64,000 nucleotides of DNA from Hyphomicrobiales bacterium (lineage in GTDB: Bacteria > Pseudomonadota > Alphaproteobacteria > Rhizobiales > JAJFHB01), in contig JAJFHL010000283.1 of NCBI GenBank assembly GCA_021775615.1, forward strand, positions 11,518-75,517. Direction: 5' to 3'. The notes beneath the pieces are model-generated. The model ran no database searches. It worked only from the letters and a program-made list of their open reading frames with translations, and was not told the origin of the DNA. The position numbers and the translations under genes are program-made. Numbering within the stretch: the stretch's first letter is position 1; the number at the start of each line of letters is the position of its first letter. Positions 8,646 to 17,852 of the stretch are shown in pieces.

Positions 8646-10097
8646 TCATTGCGTATCCGCGGCGGCAGCGGCATCCAGAATCCATATCTCAACCGCCGTC
8701 TCGCGGCCACGGATCGTCTGGCTGCCGGCCTTGGACAAGTGCTTCAGCAACCCGCTGTCGTCACCGGAACTTTTCTCAAGCTCACCGATCAGTCGGTCAC
8801 TGACAACCATGGCCGTGTTCAGATCTCGCGTCAGCTGCTCAAGACGGCTGGCAATGTTCACGGTGTCACCGATAACGCTGTATTCCAGCCGGCGTTCATT
8901 ACCGATGTCACCGGCGATGACCGGACCAAAATGGAGGCCGATGCCGACACGCACCGGCTTGTCACCTCGCGCGCGCCGCTCTGCGTTCCACACATCCAGT
9001 GCGCCGAGCATGTCCATGGCGCTCTGCAGAGCGTTGCGGGCATCATCGGGGCCGGTCTCGGGAGTACCGAAGGTCGCCATAAGACCATCACCGATGTATT
9101 TGTCCAAGGTGCCGCCATTATCGAATACGGCCTGCCCCAATCGGGCATGGTAGTCGCGCAACAGGGCGATCACGGTTTCGGGGGACTCGCGCTCGCATAA
9201 CCCGGTGAAACCGATGATATCGGCGAACAGCACAGCAACATGCTGCTCGCGAACCTGGCCAAGTCCGCTGTCCGTGGCACTCAGGTGATCCACCACGTTG
9301 GGTGAGAAGTAGCGCGCAAGGCTGGTTCGGGTGCGTTCGACCGCAGTGCGATCCTCAACCAGCTTCCGTGACCGGCGGACCACGAAAGCGAGACCGACCG
9401 TAACGATGATGGCGGCCATCATCTCGTTTGTCCAGAAGCCGAGATATATGAAACTGGGGTTCGAATAGGCCTCCAGAATGGCCTCTGACGTTTGTTCCGG
9501 TAAATCGAATTTGGAGGTGGCCCCCGGCCTGCCGGCGAACCACAGCAGCATCGCCGTCCTGGCGGCAACGATGCACATGCCGCACCACAGAACGAGGCGC
9601 GGGCGCAGGCTGAACGCCGCCTGCATCAGAAATATGTAGAAATAGCCGAAGCGGCTGCTCTCCATCGCCAGCGCGGGCGGAATGAGCGCATCCTCGGACC
9701 ACCAATCAACCGAGAACACTAAGGCCAGCAACGCGCAGTCGACGAACACAAACACATATTTCAACACATTCATGTGAAAGCGCAGCCGTGCGGCGAGGTA
9801 CTGCACAAGCCCGAGCACCGCAAATGCAGCCACCTCGAAAAGATCGGACAACAGCGCCAGACCCTGGCCCGGGTTGTCGATCGCCTGCCAGAGCAGAATG
9901 ACCAGCAGAGCGATCGTCCTGGTCTTGCTCGCAAGCATCAAGCCGTGCCGCTCTTCCTCCGCGAATGCGCTTTCGTTGCGGCCTTCAAGACGGGCATTCA
10001 GGCCGGACTTCACCGCTGATGAAGACGTCACGGCAATCTCCCTTGCGTGCATGGAAACTCGTTCGCCCCCTCGCTGCGGCGGAACCAATGGGAGCAT
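8646..10097 (-). CDS. Membrane-bound class III adenylate/guanylate cyclase
   Basis: N-terminal multi-TM region. The C-terminal cyclase homology domain has VAVLFADIIGFTGL, GDGLMATFG and EYSVIGDTVNIASRLE. An alternative start lies at 10052. Confidence 0.9.
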   Translation of the reverse strand: MLPLVPPQRGGERVSMHAREIAVTSSSAVKSGLNARLEGRNESAFAEEERHGLMLASKTRTIALLVILLWQAIDNPGQGLALLSDLFEVAAFAVLGLVQYLAARLRFHMNVLKYVFVFVDCALLALVFSVDWWSEDALIPPALAMESSRFGYFYIFLMQAAFSLRPRLVLWCGMCIVAARTAMLLWFAGRPGATSKFDLPEQTSEAILEAYSNPSFIYLGFWTNEMMAAIIVTVGLAFVVRRSRKLVEDRTAVERTRTSLARYFSPNVVDHLSATDSGLGQVREQHVAVLFADIIGFTGLCERESPETVIALLRDYHARLGQAVFDNGGTLDKYIGDGLMATFGTPETGPDDARNALQSAMDMLGALDVWNAERRARGDKPVRVGIGLHFGPVIAGDIGNERRLEYSVIGDTVNIASRLEQLTRDLNTAMVVSDRLIGELEKSSGDDSGLLKHLSKAGSQTIRGRETAVEIWILDAAAAADTQ

Positions 10098-10166
10098 ATG
10101 TGGTGTCGCTCGCCGACGGCGTCCGCAATTCCGGACCCACAGGCGACACTCAAACCGTGGACCGGC

Positions 10167-11774
10167 CTATTCGGCGGGCGCCCCGTCCCGCAGCAGCTTG
10201 TAGCGAACGCTGTCGATCAGCGCCTGGAACGAGGCATCGACGATGTTGGGCGAGACGCCGACGGTGAACCATCGGTTGCCCTGGCCATCGGCACTTTCAA
10301 TCAGGACTCTGGTGGTTGCGCCGGTACCACCGTTTAAGATACGGACCTTGTAGTCGACCAGCCTGAGATCGTTGATGAAGGGCTGGTATTTGCCGATATC
10401 CTTTCGCAGGGCGGTGTCGAGGGCGTTGACCGGGCCGTTGCCCTCGCCCACGGACGTCATACTCTCACCGTCGACCTCGACCTTTACTGTCGCTTCCGAC
10501 ACGGTGATCAGGTTGCCGAGTGCGTTGTAGCGGCGCTCGACCAGGACACGGAAACTCTCGACCTTGAAATAGTCCGGCACGCTGCCGAGGATGCGGCGGG
10601 CGAGCATTTCAAACGACACATCGGCGCCTTCATAGGAATAGCCTTCCGCCTCTCGCTCCTTGACCTCGCGCAGCAGGGCATTGAGCCGCGTGTCCGACTT
10701 CTCAACGTCAATACCGATACGGGAAAGCTCGGCCATAAGGTTCGACTTGCCGGCCTGGTCCGACACCAGCAGCCGCCGCTGGTTGCCGACGCATTCCGGC
10801 GTCACATGTTCGTAGGTCTCCGGCTCCTTGACGATGGCGGAGGCGTGGATGCCGGCCTTGGTGGCAAAGGCGCTTTCGCCCACATAGGGCGCCTGACGGT
10901 TGGGCGCCCGGTTGAGCAGTTCGTCGAACGACCGCGAAACGTGGGTCAGTGACAGGAGACCCGCCTCCCCGACACCGGTCTCGAAGCGGTCCGCGAAGGC
11001 AGACTTCAGGAGCAGTGTCGGTATGAGAGAGACGAGGTTGGCGTTGCCGCAGCGCTCGCCGATACCGTTCAGGGTGCCCTGTATCTGGCGTACACCGGCG
11101 CGCACTGCCGCGAGGGAATTGGCGACCGCGTTTTCCGTGTCATTGTGGGCATGTATGCCGAGGTGCTCACCTGGAATGTGCTTGCAGACCTCGGTTACGA
11201 TCTCGAAGATCTCGTCCGGCAGCGTGCCCCCGTTTGTGTCGCACAGGACCACCCAGCGGGCGCCGCTTTCGAGGGCGGCCCTGGCGCATTGCAGCGCATA
11301 GTCCGGGTTTGCCTTGTAGCCGTCGAAAAAATGTTCGCAGTCGATCATCGGCTCAAGACCGCGATCCGCGATGGCTTTGACCGAGTCGGCGATGCAGTCG
11401 ATGTTTTCCTCGTTGGTGATGCCGAGCGCCACGTCGACGTGATAATCCCACGCCTTGGCCACCAGGCAGACGGCATCGGCCTTCGCCTCGAACAGCGCCG
11501 CCAGGCCCGGATCGTTGGATGCGCTGCGCCCGGCCCGCTTGGTCATGCCGAAGGCGGTGAATGTGGCGTTCCGGAACGGCGGCTTTTCGGCGAAAAACTC
11601 AGTGTCTGTCGGATTGGCGCCGGGATAACCGCCCTCCACATAGTCGACGCCCAATCTGTCGAGCATCCCGGCGATGACGCGCTTGTCCTCGAGCGAGAAA
11701 TCGACGCCGTTGGTCTGCGCGCCGTCGCGCAGGGTGGTGTCGAAGAGATAGAGGCGTTCGCGTGCCGCGCTCAT
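10167..11774 (-). CDS. cimA: Citramalate synthase (LeuA-related, TIGR00977-like)
   Basis: 535 aa with [25 protein letters not shown] and a LeuA-dimer-like C-terminus. The ATG overlaps the cysS stop codon (ATGA). Confidence 0.85.
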   Translation of the reverse strand: MSAARERLYLFDTTLRDGAQTNGVDFSLEDKRVIAGMLDRLGVDYVEGGYPGANPTDTEFFAEKPPFRNATFTAFGMTKRAGRSASNDPGLAALFEAKADAVCLVAKAWDYHVDVALGITNEENIDCIADSVKAIADRGLEPMIDCEHFFDGYKANPDYALQCARAALESGARWVVLCDTNGGTLPDEIFEIVTEVCKHIPGEHLGIHAHNDTENAVANSLAAVRAGVRQIQGTLNGIGERCGNANLVSLIPTLLLKSAFADRFETGVGEAGLLSLTHVSRSFDELLNRAPNRQAPYVGESAFATKAGIHASAIVKEPETYEHVTPECVGNQRRLLVSDQAGKSNLMAELSRIGIDVEKSDTRLNALLREVKEREAEGYSYEGADVSFEMLARRILGSVPDYFKVESFRVLVERRYNALGNLITVSEATVKVEVDGESMTSVGEGNGPVNALDTALRKDIGKYQPFINDLRLVDYKVRILNGGTGATTRVLIESADGQGNRWFTVGVSPNIVDASFQALIDSVRYKLLRDGAPAE

Positions 11775-13114
11775 CGTGCGAGCTCCCAGGTGGTGCCTTC
11801 CGGGCCGTCTTTCAGGGCAACGCCCATCTCCATCAACGCGTCGCGCAGGCGGTCGGCTTCGGCGAAGTCCTTGGCCGCCCGCGCCGCGTTGCGGGCGACG
11901 ATCATCGCATCGATCTGTGTTTCATCGAGATCGAGGCCGCGCGGCCGCCAGGCGTTCCAGGTGGTCTCGTCAAGCTGCAGGACACCCAGAATGTGCCCCG
12001 CGGCGATGAGCGCCGCGGTGTCGCCGGCGTCGGCAAACCTGTGCATTTCAGTGATCACGGCCGGCGTGTTGAGGTCATCCGACAGGGCGTCCAGAACGGA
12101 CAGGGGAACATCACCTCCCGGCCCCGCGCCGTTGCCGATCAGCCCATACCAACGGTCGAGCAGGCTGCGCGCCTCGCGGCAGCGGGTATCGGTCCAGTCG
12201 AGCGGCTGGCGGTAATGGGTCATCAGCATCTGCAACCGCAGAACCTCGCCCGGCCACTGACCGAGAAGATCGTGGATGGTCAGGAAGTTGCCGAGCGACT
12301 TCGACATCTTCTCGCCTTCGACCTGCAGGTATCCGTTGTGCATCCACACATTGGCCATCACGTCGTGGCCAAGGGCGCAGCGCGACTGGGCGATTTCGTT
12401 CTCGTGGTGCGGAAACGCCAGATCGATGCCGCCGCCGTGAATGTCGAAGATCTCACCGAGATGGGTCTTCGACATGGCCGAGCACTCGATATGCCAACCC
12501 GGCCGGCCGCGGCCCCATGGGCTGTCCCAGCCCGGCAGATCGTCCGACGACGGCTTCCACAGCACGAAATCCATGGAGTCTTTCTTGTAGGGCGCCACAT
12601 CGACCCGGGCGCCGGCCAGCATTTCATCCGTCGAGCGCCGCGACAGCGCGCCGTAGTCCGCCATGGAGGGCACGTTGAAGAGGACATGGCCTTCCGCTTC
12701 ATAGGCGTGGCCCTTCTCGACCAGCGCCTCGATCATTTCGATCATCTGCGGCACGTGGCCGGTGGCGCGCGGCTCGACGCTCGGCTCAAGCGCGCCAAGC
12801 GCGGCCACATCCTCGTGGAACTGGGCGGTGGTGCGCGAGGTGACGTCGGCGATCGGAACGCCTTCTTCTCTTGCCCGGTTGTTTATCTTGTCGTCGATGT
12901 CGGTGATGTTGCGGGCATAGGTGACATGGGCCTCGCCATAGACCTGGCGCAGCAGGCGGAACAGCACATCGAACACGATGATCGGCCGCGCATTGCCGAT
13001 ATGGGCATAGTCGTAGACGGTCGGCCCGCAGACATACATGCGCACGTTATCGCGATCGAGCGGCGCAAAAGCCTCCTTGGCACGGGTCAGCGTGTTGTAG
13101 AACTTCAGTGTCAC
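11771..13114 (-). CDS. cysS: Cysteine--tRNA ligase
   Basis: Class I motifs HIGNARP (HIGH) and KMSKSLGN (KMSKS). GTG 13114 is preceded by AAGGGAG. The ORF extension to 13201 is not CysS-like. Confidence 0.9.
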   Translation of the reverse strand: MTLKFYNTLTRAKEAFAPLDRDNVRMYVCGPTVYDYAHIGNARPIIVFDVLFRLLRQVYGEAHVTYARNITDIDDKINNRAREEGVPIADVTSRTTAQFHEDVAALGALEPSVEPRATGHVPQMIEMIEALVEKGHAYEAEGHVLFNVPSMADYGALSRRSTDEMLAGARVDVAPYKKDSMDFVLWKPSSDDLPGWDSPWGRGRPGWHIECSAMSKTHLGEIFDIHGGGIDLAFPHHENEIAQSRCALGHDVMANVWMHNGYLQVEGEKMSKSLGNFLTIHDLLGQWPGEVLRLQMLMTHYRQPLDWTDTRCREARSLLDRWYGLIGNGAGPGGDVPLSVLDALSDDLNTPAVITEMHRFADAGDTAALIAAGHILGVLQLDETTWNAWRPRGLDLDETQIDAMIVARNAARAAKDFAEADRLRDALMEMGVALKDGPEGTTWELAR

Positions 13115-13495
13115 GAGACACTCCCTTGTCGCCGCCGCCCCTTTTGCCCTCTCCAAGGGTGCCGGCAATAAGCAAGCCCTGCCACCGGCCGGGTCGTTCA
13201 TTTGAGATTTTTAGAAAAGGAACGGCCGCTGGCCAGCGCGCGAAGCTAGCTGGTGATAATAATACAGCCAATAATGTGAATGGCCGGTATATGGGCAACC
13301 GTTTTCATAGCGCGCGCAAAATGCGCGGGAACGACGGAAAGGTCAAGTGTTAACGGGCGCGCCCGCCGATCGAGGCAACATGATGCCGTATTACTGCCAA
13401 GTCGGACGTTCCGCGCCCTGTCCGGACCCGGAACATCCAGTGCAAATCCATGCCGCCACCTGAAGGGTGATGGGAATGTCCCGGCTCGCGAGAGG

Positions 13496-13777
13496 TCAAC
13501 GCCCGATATGCTGGCCGGTGCCGATTGCGTAGTCATAGCCTTCAGGGCCGAAAGTTCGGCCATTGCGGCTGACATTACAGTCGGCCAGGCCGTAATATCC
13601 GGGCTGACACTTAACACCGGGAGGCAGGTTCCGCTTGTTCTTGGCCTTCGGCTGGTTGGGTGGCGGGTTGTTGCCGTAATTCGGTGTCGCGCCTTGCTGG
13701 GCGAACCCGGCGCCGGCGACGCCGACGGTCAATCCAGCGGCCAGCGCAACGGTCAGAATTGCACGGGTGATCTTCAT
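13496..13777 (-). CDS. Small secreted protein (93 aa), unknown function
   Basis: MKITRAILTVALAAGLTVGVAGAGFAQQ signal peptide. A GGAAGGAGAG Shine-Dalgarno sequence lies just upstream of ATG 13777. Confidence 0.5.
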   Translation of the reverse strand: MKITRAILTVALAAGLTVGVAGAGFAQQGATPNYGNNPPPNQPKAKNKRNLPPGVKCQPGYYGLADCNVSRNGRTFGPEGYDYAIGTGQHIGR

Positions 13778-14098
13778 CGATTCTCTCCTTCCGGCCGGCT
13801 CAGATGTATGAGGACTTGGCCCAAAACTGCGATGTGTACTAACAGAATATAGGTCATGATTCGAGGATGTGTGGTGATGCAAATCACTTCATCCACATGA
13901 GACGCGCTGCAACGCGGCGGCATGGGCGTCAGCCGACAGCAAAAGTACGGACCTGAGCGTGCATGTCTTGATGGCGCCCGCATTCGGCGCAGAACCGGAC
14001 ATTCCGGAGCACTCCGTCACGCACAATCAACCGCCGCATGCCCGAGCACGGATACGCATCTGCTTGCCACCGGTTCGATTGCCCCGTAAACCCGCGCG

Positions 14099-14980
14099 AT
14101 GGCCGTTTCCGACGCACCCCTCCCCCGCACCCAGGACATCTACAAGGCCGCCCTGTGGATGCTGGCCTGGGTGGCGGCGCTTTCGATCATGGCGATTTCG
14201 GGCCGCGAACTTTCGGCCGAGATCACAACCTTCCAAATCATGTTTTTCCGCAGCCTGATAAGCGTTGTTCTGGTGCTGGTGGTGTGGTTTGCGCTTGGCC
14301 GGCCGTCGCTCGCCACACAGCGGCTGCCGCTGCACACGGCCCGTAACGTCATCCATTACGCCGCGCAGTTTCTGTGGTTTCTGGCGATCGGCCTGATCCC
14401 CCTGGCGCAGGTGATTTCGATCGAGTTCACGGTACCGGTGTGGACGGCCCTGATGGCGGCGATGTTTCTGGGAGAAAAGCTGACCGGAATCCGCATCGTT
14501 GCGGTCGTGCTTGGGTTCCTCGGCGTGCTGGTGATCGTGCGCCCGGGCATCGAGACCGTCAACCTCGCCACCCTGGGCGTGGTTGCCGCGGCCATCGGCT
14601 TCGGCATTGTGCTGACCATGACAAAGACGCTGTCGGGGACCGACAGCGCCTTCACTCTCATCTTCTACATGCACCTGACCCAGTTCGTGATCGGCGCCTC
14701 CCCCATACCCTTCGTCTGGGTAACGCCGTCATGGGAACTGGCACCCTGGGCGGTGGCGGTCGGTGTTGCCGGGTTCGCCTCGCACTACTGCCTGACCCGG
14801 GCCATGGCCGAGGCCGACGCGACGGTGGTGGTACCGCTCGATTTCCTCCGCCTGCCGGTCATGATGCTGGTCGGCTACCTGCTCTATCAGGAATCGATCG
14901 ACCTGCTGGTTTTTGTCGGCGCATCGATGATCCTCGCCGGCAACCTCACCAATGTCCGGGCGGAGCGGCGAAAGGGCTAG
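14099..14980 (+). CDS. EamA/DMT-family transporter
   Basis: 293 aa, about 10 TM segments, with the duplicated EamA-like pattern. Confidence 0.85.
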   Translation: MAVSDAPLPRTQDIYKAALWMLAWVAALSIMAISGRELSAEITTFQIMFFRSLISVVLVLVVWFALGRPSLATQRLPLHTARNVIHYAAQFLWFLAIGLIPLAQVISIEFTVPVWTALMAAMFLGEKLTGIRIVAVVLGFLGVLVIVRPGIETVNLATLGVVAAAIGFGIVLTMTKTLSGTDSAFTLIFYMHLTQFVIGASPIPFVWVTPSWELAPWAVAVGVAGFASHYCLTRAMAEADATVVVPLDFLRLPVMMLVGYLLYQESIDLLVFVGASMILAGNLTNVRAERRKG

Positions 14981-14996
14981 ACCCTTTCTTCTTCTT
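14971..14996 (+). terminator. Hairpin AAAGGG-CTAGA-CCCTTT followed by CTTCTTCTT; terminator candidate overlapping the EamA stop codon
   Basis: 6-bp stem with a T-rich tail, read directly, between convergent genes. Confidence 0.4.
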
Positions 14997-15291
14997 AGAG
15001 TGCACCGCAGGCCCGCAGCGCCCGGCGCCGGATCCTGCGCTCCTCCTTGGCGCGCCATTTCGGAGCGCCGCGGCACCAGTTGTAATGCAGTTGCCAGGCG
15101 TAATGCCATCTGAGGCCACCGTAGCCGCACCTGGCATTGACGTTGCGATTGTGCTGCCAGACCGCGCTGTCGGCGTAGTTCCGGCAGACCTTGTGGCCGG
15201 CCGCCTCGGCGGCGCCAATATGGGATAAAGCGAGAACCATTCCGGCCGCCAGCGCGGCAGCCGCCGCCTTGCGATTGAATGAACGAAACAT
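14995..15291 (-). CDS. Small secreted Trp/Cys-rich protein (98 aa), unknown function
   Basis: MFRSFNRKAAAAALAAGMVLALSHIGAAEA signal peptide. A GAGGAG Shine-Dalgarno sequence lies upstream of ATG 15291. Confidence 0.5.
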   Translation of the reverse strand: MFRSFNRKAAAAALAAGMVLALSHIGAAEAAGHKVCRNYADSAVWQHNRNVNARCGYGGLRWHYAWQLHYNWCRGAPKWRAKEERRIRRRALRACGAL

Positions 15292-15408
15292 GATCAGGCT
15301 CCTCAATCTGTTCATCCGTTCCCGGAGAAAGATATAGGACGCCGCGATGAACCTGGCCTGAACATGTTGCCGCACCGGCTGCGACATGCGGCCAGGTGGG
15401 AACTTCAG

Positions 15409-16230
15409 CTACTTGCCCGAGGGGCCCGCGGACATCTTCTCCGCCAGTTCCCTTATTCCTTCGTCAATCGGCCGCGGCGACAGATCAACGCCATCGGACA
15501 AAACCGACCTGATGGTCTCAAGGGCGCTGAGGCGGGCGTATTTCTTGTCGTTTGCCGGGATCACCCACCACGGCGCCACGTCGGTCGACGTGCGGCGCAC
15601 CATCTCCTCGATCGCCGTCGTGTAATCATCCCACTTGGCGCGATTACGGAAGTCCTCATGGCTCAGTTTCCAGCGTTTGTGCGGCTCGTTCAGACGCGCC
15701 ACGAAGCGCTCCATCTGCACATCGGGGGAGATGTGCATGAAGATCTTCACAATGCGGGCCCCGTCGTCGGTGAGGAGACGCTCAAACTCATTGATCTCAT
15801 CAAATGCCCGGCTCCATTCGGCCTCGTCGGCAAAGCCCTCCACACGCTCGACCATGACCCGGCCGTACCAGGAGCGGTCGAACACGCCGATGGTGCCGTT
15901 CGCCGGAAGGCATTCCCAGAACCGCTGCAGATAGTGCCGCTCCTTGAAATAGGGCCTGGGCGCACCGACCGGCCACACCTTGAACCCGCGCGGATCCATG
16001 GCCGTCGACAGGCGCCTGATGGTGCCGCCCTTGCCGGACGCGTCCCAGCCTTCGAACACAACAACCGCCTTGTCTCGCGTGTGCAGGTAGGCCTGCTGTA
16101 TGATCTGAAGCGAGAGTTGCAGCCTGGCGAGCTTCGCCTCGTAGGTTTTTCTCTTCGCCCGCTTGGACAGATCCACATCCCCCAGGGAGAAGTCCGCGGC
16201 TGTCTGTCGGTCAATTGGTGTCACTTTCAT
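15409..16230 (-). CDS. ppk2: Polyphosphate kinase 2 family protein
   Basis: VVVFEGWDASGKGGTIRRL P-loop and the PPK2 lid region. ATG 16230 gives about 273 aa. The longer ORF to 16392 is unlikely. Confidence 0.85.
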   Translation of the reverse strand: MKVTPIDRQTAADFSLGDVDLSKRAKRKTYEAKLARLQLSLQIIQQAYLHTRDKAVVVFEGWDASGKGGTIRRLSTAMDPRGFKVWPVGAPRPYFKERHYLQRFWECLPANGTIGVFDRSWYGRVMVERVEGFADEAEWSRAFDEINEFERLLTDDGARIVKIFMHISPDVQMERFVARLNEPHKRWKLSHEDFRNRAKWDDYTTAIEEMVRRTSTDVAPWWVIPANDKKYARLSALETIRSVLSDGVDLSPRPIDEGIRELAEKMSAGPSGK

Positions 16231-16424
16231 GTACGGGCCTGTCGCTGCGTTCGATAGGTTTCCCCTCATTGGCGTGAGGCTACAACCTATGGCACGATTT
16301 CTCCAGACAACGCCGCCCGGAATGGCGCGTGAAAACGTAACCGGTTTGACGCATGCGCCCGATAAAGGCGAGACTTGAGTTCCCGCCTGCACTAATCGGC
16401 TCGCGGACCCGAACGGAGAAGACC

Positions 16425-17852
16425 GTGACGTCTACCGTCGAACTTCCCCTCTGGCTGGTGTTGATCGCGGCCTGTCTTGCGAGCCTGGCATTGGTCAATC
16501 ACTTTTTTCTGCCTGGCATTCGCTGGTTCTTCAGGCGCCGCGTCAACCGGGTGATTACAGACGTCAACGACCGGTTGCGCATGAAACTGCCGACCTTTCA
16601 GTTGACCAAGCGCCAGGTCCTCATCGACCGTCTCATATACGATCCGGACGTCATGAAAGTGGTCGAGCAGGTCGCCATTGAGCGCGGCGTCAGACGGGAT
16701 GGCGTGATGGCCGAAGTCACTCTTTACGCCCGCGAGATGGTCCCCTCGTTCAACGCCTTCATCTACTTTCGCCTGGGCTACCGGATTGCCCGTTGGTTTC
16801 TCCGCGCCTTCTACTGGGTACGGCTGGGATTTGTCCATGAAAACGCCGCCGCGGCGTTCCCCGAGGATGCCTCCGTTGTGTTCGTCATCAATCACCGAAG
16901 CAATATGGATTACCTGCTGGTCACGTATCTGGCTTCGCGCGATGCTGCCATGTCCTACGGCGCGGGCGAATGGGCGCGGGTGTGGCCGGTCCGTTCGGTT
17001 CTGCGATCCGCCGGCGCCTATATCGTCCGCCGCAATGCCGGCGAGGATGGGCTCTACCGCAAGATGCTCGAGCGCTATGTGCAGATGGCAAGCGAGGGCG
17101 GTGTGCCGCAAGCCATATTCGTCGAAGGCAAACTGTCGCGAAACGGCCAGGTCAACACACCGAAGCTCGGCCTCATCGGCTACATCACCAGGCGGTTCGA
17201 TCCCGGCGGAAACCGGGACATCCTGTTCATACCGGTCGGCACGAACTTCGACCGGGTGTTTGAGGAGCGCACACTGATCGCCAATGCGGACGCCGACTTT
17301 CGCGGCCGCGGCGGCAGGTTCGTGCTCGGTTCCGGCCTGCGGTTCATCGGCCGTGAAATCTGGCGCAAGATGACCGGACGGCGGCTCGGCTTCGGCATGG
17401 CGTGCGCGAATTTCGGCGACCCGCTGTCGCTGAAGGCATGGTCGCACGAACGCCGGATCAACTTGTCGGAGATGGGCAAACCTGAGTTCTTTGACACGGT
17501 CGAGGAACTCGGCAGGGAAATCACCGGGCGCATCGTCGAGATCGTTCCGGTTCTCGCGGTGCCCGTGTTGTCGATGCATGTCCTCGGTCGGGACACGCCG
17601 GGCGATGAGACTGCGCTGATTGCCGGTGCACAGGAGATTTGTGATGAACTTCGGGACAAGGGCGCCCATATAGGCTTTGAGAAATACGGCATGGAGAGCG
17701 GGCTGAAGTCCGGACTGCAGCTTATGAGGGCGCGCGGCCTGCTGCGGCAAGACGAGGCAGGCCTGCTGTCTCCGGCAGACACCGAAACGGACTTGCTGCA
17801 ATACTATGCCAATTCGGTGATTCAGATCCGGGCCAAGCTTGCCGAGCGATGA
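16425..17852 (+). CDS. GPAT/PlsB-like glycerolipid acyltransferase
   Basis: Acyltransferase motifs I-IV: NHRSNMD (HX4D), AGAYIVRR, FVEGKLSRNG and IPVGTNFDRV. GTG 16425 is preceded by GGAG 6 nt upstream, and an N-terminal TM helix follows. Confidence 0.75.
   Translation: MTSTVELPLWLVLIAACLASLALVNHFFLPGIRWFFRRRVNRVITDVNDRLRMKLPTFQLTKRQVLIDRLIYDPDVMKVVEQVAIERGVRRDGVMAEVTLYAREMVPSFNAFIYFRLGYRIARWFLRAFYWVRLGFVHENAAAAFPEDASVVFVINHRSNMDYLLVTYLASRDAAMSYGAGEWARVWPVRSVLRSAGAYIVRRNAGEDGLYRKMLERYVQMASEGGVPQAIFVEGKLSRNGQVNTPKLGLIGYITRRFDPGGNRDILFIPVGTNFDRVFEERTLIANADADFRGRGGRFVLGSGLRFIGREIWRKMTGRRLGFGMACANFGDPLSLKAWSHERRINLSEMGKPEFFDTVEELGREITGRIVEIVPVLAVPVLSMHVLGRDTPGDETALIAGAQEICDELRDKGAHIGFEKYGMESGLKSGLQLMRARGLLRQDEAGLLSPADTETDLLQYYANSVIQIRAKLAER

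Noticed and set aside
8646-10097. The class III cyclase as a Pycsar- or CBASS-like antiphage cyclase.
   Set aside because: It has the ordinary membrane-anchored cyclase layout common in alphaproteobacterial signalling. No adjacent cNMP-binding effector gene is present. The neighbours are CYTH and citramalate synthase.
13202-14098. Non-coding stretches at 13202-13495 and 13883-14098 as possible ncRNA genes (SRP, 6S, tmRNA, RNase P).
   Set aside because: No conserved core sequences of these RNAs were recognised by eye. A covariance-model scan would be needed.
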